Below are positions 51,462-62,172 of a stretch of DNA of 64,000 nucleotides, one piece after another. The notes under the pieces are model-generated. The model saw nothing but the letters and a program-made list of their open reading frames with translations. It was not told the DNA's origin and did not search any database. This DNA comes from Lymnaea stagnalis (lineage: Eukaryota), in the NCBI GenBank assembly GCA_964033795.1, contig CAXITT010000024.1, positions 1,245,971 to 1,309,970 on the forward strand. The letters are read 5' to 3'. Numbering within the stretch: position 1 is the first letter of the stretch; each line of letters starts with the position of its first letter. The translations under genes and the position numbers were made by a program.

Positions 51462-51703
51462 TTCTGTTTGATGTCCGTTTGGTCCAGCAGGTGAGAGAAC
51501 TCTAGCAGCATCTCCAGCCCTTTCTCCACATGGTTTCCCATTTCCCACTCAGGCATCTGCTGTTTGACGCTGGTCAGGATGTGAGGGACTTTCAGGAAAG
51601 TGAATGTTGCCCACTGGAGGTCCTCTGAAAAGTCATTGGTGTCCACAAAACCCATGAAACAAGCTCTAAATATTTCCAGGCACATCTGAGGCATAGGCAG
51701 TTT
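51462..51703 (-). CDS. MED24: MED24 exon 9
   Basis: Acceptor tatgttacag|aaa; encodes KLPMPQMCLEIFRACFMGFVDTNDFSEDLQWATFTFLKVPHILTSVKQQMPEWEMGNHVEKGLEMLLEFSHLLDQTDIKQ(N); donor aa|gtcagt, phase 2. Confidence 0.78.
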
Positions 51704-51842
51704 CTGTAACATAAATTTCAGTAGTTAAGAGTCATGAATTTCTTGAAAGAAATTTGTAAGTCTAAGAAAGTAAAGAACTGAGGCTGATATAATACAAGAA
51801 ACCAAAAACTTAAGTTAATATACTTCAATGAATTCAACAAAC

Positions 51843-52002
51843 CATAAGTCTTGAGACCACCAAAACCTGGTCAACAAAAGGTTGAATGTCACTACTTGAG
51901 TTCAGTATAGCTTCCAGTGTCACCAGGCCATTGATTGTTGGGTAGATGGGGGAATGGACAATGTCCAGCACTGCCTCCAAGCTAGTTTGTGTATCATTTA
52001 GT
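51843..52002 (-). CDS. MED24: MED24 exon 8
   Basis: Acceptor ttcttacag|a; encodes (K)LNDTQTSLEAVLDIVHSPIYPTINGLVTLEAILNSSSDIQPFVDQVLVVSRLM; donor atg|gtttgt. This donor was chosen over cag|gttttg because it reproduces the 9-residue spacing of the human protein. Confidence 0.7.
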
Positions 52003-52331
52003 CTGTAAGAATGGAGCCCACAAATTAAAAATATCATCATTTTATAAAGTCCAAACAATTATTTGAAAAACTCCTAAAAAAATAGTGATTGTTTACTGGG
52101 TTATGTTAGAAGTCATACAAAGGCATCGCAACGTAAGTCAACAAAGAACTCAAAAAATATAAATAGTAAATAAATAAGTCTGATTAAAAATGTGTAATTA
52201 TTAAATTCTTGTGAGATCTTCAAGTAAAAATAACCATCAATTAAGGACAAAATTAATAGTGCTTTTCTGAAAAAATCCAACTGTTTTTTCTGTTGAACAC
52301 CAGTAGCGGGTAGATAATGTATTTTACTGAC

Positions 52332-52455
52332 TTGGCCAGCTGCACAAGAGCAGAGTTGATCTTCTCCCTGGTCTCATCCAGGATCGCATTGCGAGGTAAC
52401 TGGCTGAATGTGCCACTAACATTCATCTCACACTGCTCAAACTCTCTGTAGCCAT
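52332..52455 (-). CDS. MED24: MED24 exon 7
   Basis: Acceptor ctatggcag|at; encodes (D)GYREFEQCEMNVSGTFSQLPRNAILDETREKINSALVQLA(K); donor aa|gtcagt, phase 2. Confidence 0.72.
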
Positions 52456-52891
52456 CTGCCATAGAGACACAAGGTATTGGATTAATTTTCATCAGCTTAA
52501 CACAGGTCACAGAACAAACAGTAATTTTCTACCCAGCAGAAGTGTAATTACAGAATGTATTACAAACAGATGGTGTTTTGACTGAAATGTATGGATGGAA
52601 CTACACCCCTTCCTAGATTTTTTTTACTTAAATAGTAGCAAACAGAGAAGTGCTTGATACCATACTCATGTCTTGGATTGTCAGAATTAAATATTTCATC
52701 ATCATGCATATCTGTTTAGGGGATTAACTACTGTTGAGAATATTAGCAGATTATGGATATATGATTACTACTCACTTAACATTTTTGAAAGAAAATATAT
52801 TGTTCTTATGAAAAGAAAAACAACTATACCCCTTATTCCATATTGAAGTTTGGATTTCAAAAATGTATTTAGACTCAAAAGTTAAGTATAC

Positions 52892-53030
52892 CTGGGTTAT
52901 CTGTCCTGGCAATCTGCATTAAACTACGAGCCGCCTTACGTTCCAGGATGTTATTGAGAGCACGACTTGAGTTATCCATAATGACAAAATATTCAGGGGC
53001 TATTTGACCTTGCCTTGTTTCTTGAAGGCG
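52892..53030 (-). CDS. MED24: MED24 exon 6
   Basis: Acceptor actttgtcag|cgc; encodes RLQETRQGQIAPEYFVIMDNSSRALNNILERKAARSLMQIARTDNP; donor g|gtatac, phase 1. Confidence 0.75.
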
Positions 53031-53097
53031 CTGACAAAGTGAGAAGAAAAATTATCATGGTTAAAGAATTAACAGATAATCAACTTGACCATCTGAA

Positions 53098-53520
53098 TTG
53101 GTTACTAAAAAAACAGTAGCCTCATTTCCAGTACAAACTTTCAAATACTCAGTGTTTGTGCAAGAAATATTCCAGTACAAACTTTCAAATACTCAGTGTA
53201 TGTTCAAGAAATCTTCCAGTACAAACTTTCAAATACTCAGAGTATGTTCAAGAAATCTTCCAGTACAAACTTTCAAATACTCAGTGTCTGTTCAAGAAAT
53301 ATTCCAGTACAAACTTTCAAATACTCAGTGTATGTTCAAGAAATCTTCCAGTACAAACTTTCAAATACTCAGTGTCTGTTCAAGAAATATTCCAGTACAA
53401 ACTTTCAAATACTCAGTGTATGTTCAAGAAATATTCCAGTACAAACGTTCAACTACTCAGTGTATGTTCAAGAAATATTCCATTCCATTTGATACATTTG
53501 AAAATATAAATTTAATTTGA
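53098..53520. repeat. Minisatellite, ~61-bp unit x~7, in MED24 intron 5
   Basis: ccagtacaaactttcaaatactcagtgtatgttcaagaaatattc variants. ORFs 53098..53520 are artefacts. Confidence 0.9.
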
Positions 53521-53907
53521 ACTGCAGAATAAATGACATTCAAATGACTAAAAAAAAAAAAGAATTAATCACAGGCAGAATAAATGACACTCTGCCTATT
53601 ATTAATTCTCTTTTTCTTTTTTTGTTTAGAAAGCTCCAAGCAAGAATGTTATAGATTTCTCATAGAAATGTATTACTTAACATTTCCAATGAAAATGAAA
53701 CTTTAGAAAACAATTACAATTTTTTAATAATAAATTCTTTTTATTTAAAAAAACTGGAAATTTTCCTTACAGTATATTATGACGATTTTTATCAATATAT
53801 TTCATTTAAATTTATTACTTAACATTCCATTGAAATTGTTTTTATGTCTAAAAAAACTGGAAATATTCCTTAAAATAGATAATGAAATCAAGCCATAAAA
53901 TCCTTAC

Positions 53908-54001
53908 CTGAAGACATGTAAACAAAGCCTTTACAAGCCAATGGTTGAGACTTAGCATAGTGCGGACAAGTTGTAGAGGAGAGTCATGGCAAGGGCTAAA
54001 A
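53908..54001 (-). CDS. MED24: MED24 exon 5
   Basis: Acceptor cttccacag|t; encodes FSPCHDSPLQLVRTMLSLNHWLVKALFTCLQ; donor cag|gtaagg. Confidence 0.78.
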
Positions 54002-54114
54002 CTGTGGAAGTGAAATAACTTATAATGGCAAAACAGATCATAACATTATAAAATAAGGACCAAAAATATAGAAAATAATTAGTGCTTTATAAAAAATGCC
54101 TGACCGTGTAGTAC

Positions 54115-54227
54115 CTTATTTTTGATCCAAACATCTCAGCTAGATGGAGAAGTGCTAGAACACAGTAGGGCCGAGAAAAATCTTCGAATTCTGTGATGTA
54201 TTTCAGAACGGTATTAAAAGGAATCAT
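54115..54227 (-). CDS. MED24: MED24 exon 4
   Basis: Acceptor ttttttatttcag|atg; encodes MIPFNTVLKYITEFEDFSRPYCVLALLHLAEMFGSKI(S); donor ag|gtacta, phase 2. Confidence 0.82.
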
Positions 54228-54345
54228 CTGAAATAAAAAATGTATAGCTCTTATTTAAATATACAGCCAAATTTTTAAAGAAAAAAGGTCAATTTGAGAA
54301 GAAAAAAATAAGCATCATCTTTTTCAAAGTTAATTTTGTATTTAC

Positions 54346-54428
54346 CTGAGACAAGACACTATGTTTCAAATAAGACAGGATCAATGAGTTTGGGCTGCTT
54401 CCTATGAGAGCTTGCTGCATCAAAATTT
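54346..54428 (-). CDS. MED24: MED24 exon 3
   Basis: Acceptor tttgtaaaaag|aa; encodes (E)ILMQQALIGSSPNSLILSYLKHSVLSQ; donor cag|gtaaat. Confidence 0.85.
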
Positions 54429-54684
54429 CTTTTTACAAAAGAGAGAGGAAGGAAACTCAACAGTTAAAAAACAAGACACTCAAATTTAAATGTTCAATTG
54501 CAAACAACTTTTAAAATTCACAAATAATAAATAAGTTATAATTTGAATTGATCAAAGGTTTAAAAAATTCTTTTACATGGCATAGGTGGGAAAAAAATGT
54601 CTATTCCCCAAGTTCTTAAGCCATAAATTTTTCAGATAATTATAAAAATATAAATTATTAATGGGAATTATGCATAAAAATTAC

Positions 54685-54875
54685 CAGCAATGTCTACAGA
54701 CTCTGAAAAATAAGCTGCCATTAGCTTTTTCAGTTGTATGGCCCACTGTATTTCTGTCCATCGATCTCGCCATGCTTGCATTAATGTTATCTTGATCTTA
54801 CTGATAAGCTGAGCTTTGGCGGTCCCTGGGGTTTGAGAGGTGACACCTGGTTCTTTCTTCACATCTGTCAATGAT
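54685..54875 (-). CDS. MED24: MED24 exon 2
   Basis: Acceptor tttttaatag|a; encodes (G)SLTDVKKEPGVTSQTPGTAKAQLISKIKITLMQAWRDRWTEIQWAIQLKKLMAAYFSESVDIA; donor g|gtaatt, phase 1. Confidence 0.8.
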
Positions 54876-55097
54876 CTATTAAAAACAAATTAAAATTTTC
54901 TCATATTTTTATTAAAAATGTTCAGCTTACACAATACAAAAATATAAAAAGGATTCAGAATACCAAAAAGTAAAAAAAGGTTTTAAAGCTAGTTTTCAAA
55001 AAAAAAAAAAAAAAGTAGCAAAATCTCAAATTATATAAAATATTCAATGGAAAAACTAAATGAAATCAGCAATCAGAATGTAGCTTTTTTTACTTAC

Positions 55098-55150
55098 CCA
55101 ACCAAACCTGATCCACTAGTACTTGGACCAGGTTCCTTCTTTATCTGCAT
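55098..55150 (-). CDS. MED24: MED24 exon 1 (putative start, ATG = revcomp of 55148..55150)
   Basis: Encodes MQIKKEPGPSTSGSGLV(G); donor gg|gtaagta. It is needed because exon 2 has no ATG upstream of the conserved N-terminus. The true start is unconfirmed. Confidence 0.55.
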
Positions 55151-56035
55151 GGCCATTTTTGCTTAGTCGTTTTAAAAATTCATCATAAACTGAACTTTTC
55201 ACACTTGATTTAATTATAACGTAAAGCCCTCATGGAAACAGTGATAATTTAGAAAATTTAAGGCATCTGAAAAGAGTGATGAGAAAATTAAACATGAGGC
55301 AATTTAGCCCATTTTGGCTATCGCTTTAAAATCCCTGAATCAACTAGTTGGTCTATTTAAGAGTATGATGAGTAACTTGAAACTGATGTTAGCAACCATG
55401 TTACAGGTAATGGTTGATTTAAATTTCTTGGCACACTTATCCAAAAAAAAGGGATACTCAACAAAAAATATAAGAGTCAGACTAGGACAATGCTGTAGAT
55501 ACAACAATGCTGTTGATACAACAAAATTGTGGATGCATGAAAATGCTACAAATGAAAATCTAAGAAGCCATTTATTATATTCATATATTTAAATATAAAT
55601 ATTCCTTTTGCAATCACTAAGTCATACTAGTAGGCCTTACTAATTACCCAGTGTAAAGGTTCATGTGATTGTTAATTTAAAGACAGTGACATTAGATTTG
55701 GATTGGGACCCAAAATATGCCACATCTTCAAGACTGCCACGCTGCTAAATCATCCAGCATTAGAATTATGATTATCCACCTGGACCCTTACTCATTTTGC
55801 TCCTACAGTAAGTTTAGTGAGACAGAGCACTCATATTTTAAATTGCGGGGAACCATGAGTTAGATTATTTCATTTAAGAGCTTTCAAGCTCACAAGTTTT
55901 AAGTCAGCTATTTTATTATTTGACTAAGTTAATGCAAGCCTAATGACTATGACGGTTTGGAGGTAAGAGGCAGTGTATTTTATTATTAGATTTTGAGTAT
56001 ATCCATCCAATCAGGACACAGAAAGATTGGGACAT

Positions 56036-57345
56036 TAGGGGTGTGCCGGATCCGTTTTTTCCAACCGGATCCGGATCCGGATTTTCTTATGCGAAATCCG
56101 CCGGATCCGGATTCCGGTTTCTCCCGGATTCCGGATTTTGGTACTATTGGTTGATACTTCGGTAAGTCAAGGTGGACTACTACTTTTTGTGTATGGGAAT
56201 TCGCAATCGGCGCCAAAAAATCCGAGTTTTTAATTTTCCGATGTGTGTGTCTATTTATTATTAAATTAGTACTTTCGATATATATTTGAGTTCCGTTCCA
56301 TTTGGATAAGTGTCTTACGAGAGACGCCATGTTTCTACGCGTTCGCAGCAGGTTATGCAGCTCGCTCAACCTAATTTCGCCATGGGGTTGGCCACGCCCC
56401 CCTTTTTAATGGCGGAAGTTGACGATACTTAGGAAATATTAATTTATTATCACTATTTACATCAAAATAATTGATAACTTGTGTTTCAGAATGCATTTAA
56501 AGACATTTAAACTGGAATGTTTTAATTTGAGCTTTAACAACCCGGTAGAATCCATATTATAAATGATCAGAATTTACCGTGTGCAACACGTTGTCATTGG
56601 CAACCATTCACAGCCACTTGCATAACTGTATCGTAGTACTACCTCAGAGTTTCATTCATAAGAGTTTGCCGTGTGCAAAAACTATTAAACCATTGGTCAG
56701 GGAAAGCTTTAATTAATTATTCATGTGCCAAAGTTGAAAGTTTAAACTAAGTCTAAACAGTATTTTAGTGATAAGGCAGGGAATGCGTTGCCTTATATAA
56801 ACTATATAGTCATTGCGCATGACGGGATTGGTGGAATGAGATCACAGAATGTGGAGATGCAGTCCATGTTAAAAAATGACAAACCAAGTCGTACTTTAAA
56901 AATTCATAACTTTAAAACTACAACAGCTAAAAATATGATTTTGGTGTTATAATTCTTTAAAAAATTACATCTTTTCAACTATGCCATTGGTTTATTTTTA
57001 CAAAAAGTTTAAATTTTCTTATCAAAGTCCCTACACTATTGGCCACTATTAGCGGTGCTGACTCTAGCCTCTGGTATGTACGGAATATTAAACATTAAAC
57101 AAGCTCAACGCTCGAAACAATCGATTAATGTATCGTGATCGTGTGGAATTCGGGAAAGAGAATTACTTTTATTTCAGATTATGATCCGGTGAGTCACAAA
57201 ATCTGGCAAATTCCGAAATCCGGTATATTCCGGATTCCGGAATCCGGTTGTTCCGGATACATGTAAATCCGGCGGAACCGGATTTCACCGGATAGTGCAA
57301 AATCCGGCGGAACCGGATTCCGGACCGGGGTCCGGCACACCCCTA
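56036..57345. mobile_element. hAT-like non-autonomous DNA transposon (MITE) with perfect 15-bp TIRs and 8-bp TSD
   Basis: Left TIR TAGGGGTGTGCCGGA at 56036..56050. Right TIR TCCGGCACACCCCTA at 57331..57345, an exact reverse complement. The element is flanked by the direct repeat TGGGACAT at 56028..56035 and 57346..57353. Subterminal CCGGAT / CCGGAA motif arrays lie inside both ends. Confidence 0.85.
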
Positions 57346-60274
57346 TGGGACATCATATTATTGATAATCATTCTATATCATTTCGATGAGCAACACCTGC
57401 ATCATTTAATATAGCTATAGAATAAACCATCCCTTTCAAATCAATAAGAATCAATATCCAGGCATGCAGGACTGGGTAAAATTTAAGAAAGCGAAAGATG
57501 CTCGAAATGAGCCCTTTGATTTTCATCACTGCACACTTTCTCTAACCTTATAATTTATAATTATAAACTAAGATAACTTATAATAAAACCATCCTCATCC
57601 TAAACCATGACTATATTCATTTTAAATTTTTTTTAAATGGCATGAAAATTATGCTACATGTAAAATTAAAATGAAATATAACTGAATGTTATAAATAATA
57701 TTAATATTAGTAATAACTTATGAATTATCTATGCTAGTGGTGCTACTCTTACTCTCTATTTAATTTACTATTTGGTTTAGTCTAGTATTGAATGAGACTA
57801 ATAATTGACTAAGCCTAAACTCAAGACTAAGACTAATGTCATACATGGTAATAATAATAGCAATGATTTTCTTAGTCTTACTTAGTAGTTAAGTAATGCT
57901 AAATTCTAAGAGTCTCAGTCTCACAGACTCTGACTAATGAGTCTACTAATGTCTAATGATTAATGACCTAATCTTAATCAGTCTGATCTGGCGTATAACT
58001 ACGAAAGCCCCATATACGCCTTATACTTGTAGACCATACACTAGATCATATACAGTATCAGTATCATACTAATACTAATGACTAATACTATCATACAGTA
58101 CAACTAAAATAACTTAATTAGGTAAATTATTATAGATCGTCTTAATTAATATTATATACGAAAGTTACAATACAATCTTTGGTAAGCCCAAAGTGGGTGA
58201 ATGCAACAAATTATCAGCATTTTTGATGTGTGTGTATTTTTTTTTTAATAATAAAACTAGGTATGGCTTACCAAACAACAAATAATTACCAACGAAAAAA
58301 AAAAAGATAATTACTCCGTACACAATGCCTTTGTACTTACGGCCCTTGAGATTGATTTATGACCGTGGTGTATTTACGCCCCATGAGGCCATTTAACGAA
58401 AACGTCTTTCCCCTTATCTCCAACTCTAAATCTAGAACAATAAAATTTAAATTAAACTGCGGGAAGGTGGAAATCAAATTAGGAGAGAAAAATGGGGAGG
58501 GCGAAATTTTTCAATTCTTCACTAGGGAGGCAAATCTCTGTTAAATACCTTAAAATTAAAAAGGCCCTGTGTGGCATGCATTTCAAAATTAATTTTTAAG
58601 AAATCAAAATTAAAGTTGAAAAAGGTTGTGAAAGGAGGAATAAAAAAAAAGCAGATAAATTAACCATCAAACCATGCATTACACAATGTGGGAGACGTTA
58701 AGATTAAGTCTTCGTAAAATATTACAATTGCACACACGATGGAACATCCATCTTTTTAAAATAAAATAAAAAAGATTTGCCCATGTGTTGTGTGCCTACC
58801 ATGAGAAAGATGCAGTACACGGTTAAGTAGCTAAAATTTGTGAAACCAGGGACGGCCCTTGACTATGTCGTTCACTCACGAAAATCACATAATGGAGTCG
58901 AGCTAAAAGGATGTTCCCCCCTAAAAGTTCCCCCCACAGTGGATGCTTCCCAATATATACCATTCGCAGCACAGCACATTATCTGTACTGTAAGTCAAAG
59001 AGAGGTCCGATGGGACGATTATAATAATAACAATCTTTGCAACCAGGCAAACAAGAACCTGGGGTTCTTAAGGTGAAATCTAAAGATCTGAAACTCTAGT
59101 GTGAAAGAAAAAGCACATAAAGCCTCTGTCCGGCCACTTTTAGATTACGCTTCTTCATTCTGAGACCCATTCACTCAGAGGAGCTGCACGCTTTGTCCTG
59201 AACAACTACAGGAACACCTCTAGTATTGTACTAGCCAAGTTAACAAGAGTTCAAGCTCAAACTAAAGAGAATATATCATATTTATTAATACATTTAGATG
59301 TCACTAACTAATCAGAGTCACCGTATAGTTTCTGCCACCCATTCGACTGAAGGGGGCGCCAGATATTTAATGGGCCCAAAGTTTAAACCATCGGCTTTGA
59401 ATGCAGGGGAGCACAAAACCGAAAAGTGGTAGGGGTGCCCTCAAACGTGATGCGACGCCTATGCTAGATTTGCCCCCTCCTTTTTCCTCTCCAGTGACTC
59501 CAGACTTCGACTCACCAACTTTTTTTTTTAAGCAGAACATATAATTTACAGACATATATTAACATATTGTCAAGATAGGCTGATTTCACGGTAACTTTTC
59601 GAATACCCTGTACAATATACGTACGTATACTTTTGCACAAGCGCTTACAACATTTAGCATTATATTTAACTAGTTTGTTTTTTAAAAATCTTTTTTCAAC
59701 AAAAAATCCAATTGATAATATTTGTATTTCATAATTTTTAAACACATATTTCATATTCTTTTTATACTTTTATTAGGTATAAAAATATATTTCTAAGGCT
59801 GTGAGCGAACCACTCATTAGTTTGGATGGTTGTCAAGAAAAAGATGTCCTCTGTGTTCCCAGCTATTCACATCAGAAATGGATTCAGATTTCTGGGTTAA
59901 CTCTGTCGGGGCCCCAGGTGACGATTACTATCGTGCATACGGATCAACTGGCGCAAATTCTTCACCTAATACTAAGATCCGGGACAGTGAAGAGATAGAT
60001 ATTCAGCTGCATGATTTCAAAGTAGGCATGCGTCCGTTGAGTTCTGTGAGTCCAAATCCAAAATCGTAAACGGCAACATGGCATTTAAACCATTTCCCGG
60101 GGCGAGGGAGGGAGTAGCGTGAGGGGACTATTTTTGGAATTGTTACTAGTGTCACATAGGTCTATTTGTCTAAAACTTATTATGTATATTTATAAGACTA
60201 ATGTGTCATATAAATTTACATGATGCAGATGGCAATCATGATTTGATGGTAATTGACTTTAAATTTGAATTGAA

Positions 60275-60560
60275 TGCATAATTTCATTCTTATAAAGTAA
60301 ATAAAAAATCAGTTAGTTTTATTTATATTTATGGAATCCGCACCACTTTGAGTTTCTGTGTAGGATTTCCCCCCCCCCCCTTTGTTCTTTCATGGGGAGT
60401 TGGTTTTTCTGTTTTTAATAAATTTCATTCTTATAAAGTAAATAAAAATTTAGTTATTTTTATTTTTATTTATGGGATCCGCACCACTTTGAGTTTCTGT
60501 GTAGGATTTCCCCCCCCCCCCTTTGTTTATTCATGGAGAGTTAGTTTTTCTGTTTTTAAT
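60275..60560. repeat. Tandem duplication, ~142-bp unit x2
   Basis: aatttcattcttataaagtaaataaaaa...ggatttcccccccccccctttgtt...ctgtttttaata occurs twice. Confidence 0.85.
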
Positions 60561-62172
60561 ATTCAAACACCATGATATGCCTATCTAATGTTTTTGATTG
60601 AAGTTTTTTTAAAATTAATATTCATTGGGTGGTTTAAAGTGGTTAATTATAAAAATATAATTATACTTTAAAAAAACAAGGCTATACTATGGTATCGAGA
60701 CTATTTTGCCTGCATTTTGGAAAATAATTTTGATTTTACTTTCATCTTTTGGATTTTATTTTTGGTGGAACCTGCAATGAAGTGTGTAAAAGTGTATTCA
60801 ATGAAGCTGTAATTAATTAAGGTTTTCATTATTTTGAATATTTAAAAAGTAATTGATAATTTTATTTAAATTTGTAATTTTCTAAGTAGGCCTACAGTAC
60901 AGTGTCAGTGTGTAACTTTAGGCTTTAGGACACAAATACATGGTTTTAGGGTTCACATTTGGCCCTAGGTTTTAGGGTTCACATTAGGCCCAAGATTATA
61001 GTTATAGGTTTGAAAGTTTATGCTCAAGTCACTCTAGTTAGTGGGGACTAAATTTAGGGGGGAATTTATGCTTGAGTTAGGAATACAGACTTAGCATTCA
61101 GGTTAGGTAGAGCTGTAGATTTTAGGATCAAAGTTTTTCTCTGAAAATTATTTCATTAAATTTTAGTTTTTTTTCCCTAATTTGTGTTTCCCTGGTAAGT
61201 AGTTAAAACAACACATTATCTCCCTTCCCCTCCCATTTTAGCAGACATATTTTTGCACTACTGTTGTTTTTTTTTTACTCAGCGGCCACCTTTGTTGCAA
61301 CTTGCCATATGGCAACAAATGTGGCAGCCATGGGAAAAAGTAGTGCAGAATCATAGAGTGGTGCGGATTGCATAAATATACAGTAAAATAATTTAATTGC
61401 AATTAATTTTTTTTTATTAATAATTTTAAGATTTTCAATTTACTTTTGAAAGTGAAAAATTACATTATAATTATTCATGTTACTTTCAACTGATGTGAAT
61501 AAAAAAAGTATGAAAGCTATACACTATACTGTAAGTCAATAAAATATACATAGATGACCATATTATTATATTATTCCCAGTAGTTTTCTATGGTCAATTT
61601 AGTCAAACTCAGCTTAATTAATTTCAACATGAAAGTTTATAGGAGGAAAGGGTGTCAAATGTTTTAACTGCCTGGGGTGGAAAATTTGCTAAGGCCGGCT
61701 CTAATTCTGACTACACAATAATTTACCGAAGCATTTAATACAGACTAATTGTAGGTAACATAAAAAGTCACAGACTTTCAAGACTGAAGACAATGTGCAA
61801 TGCAATCAAAACTAATTTCTATTTCTTTGAATCAATAATATCTTCAGCAGCCTTTTCAACAGGTTGAGCTTACGAGGCCTAATGCATCGTCCATTACAGT
61901 AGCCTGAATCTGGTGCCAATAAACATTTTAACAAACTGAACAAATGCAGCTCACCGCATAGTCCAGTGCCAGTAACCGTGTCTCTGGTGCCAGCAGCCAT
62001 TTTAGCTAATTGAACTAATGCGGCGCACCGTATCGTCCAGCACTAGTAGCCGTGACTCTGGTGCCAACAGTCATTTGAGAAAGAGTAAATGCGGTACACA
62101 GCATTGTTCAACATCAGCATCTGTGACTGAAATACTTCTGTACTATATTTTCAGATTAAGTTGTGATTAGAT

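Larger units (their letters stand above)
39781..55150 (-). other. MED24: Gene span: mediator complex subunit 24 (MED24) homolog, 23 coding exons, ~1021 aa
   Basis: Spliced minus-strand translation is collinear with human MED24 (LMQAWRDRWTEIQWAIQLKK ~ ILQAWKERWSDYQWAINMKK; ALIGSSPNSLILSYLK ~ AMIGPSPNPLILSYLK; LEIFRACFMGF...LQWATFTFLKVP ~ LEIWKACFVGL...LKWTAFTFLKIP; GWLNMASLHTLEQLLVLRGPDWFCGEMV ~ GWVDSRSIHIFDTLLHMGGVYWFCNNLI; FQFMPQNMV ~ LQFMPFTTV; RKIAAKAI ~ RQVAAKAIAAL). Phases are consistent across all 22 junctions and total CDS is 3066 nt. Two introns were not inspected for skipped exons (see individual confidences). Confidence 0.85.

Noticed and set aside
55986-56369. 127-aa minus-strand ORF inside or at the left end of the hAT-like MITE
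   Set aside because: Glycine/serine-rich translation of the CCGGAT arrays with no transposase similarity. It is an artefact of the subterminal repeats.
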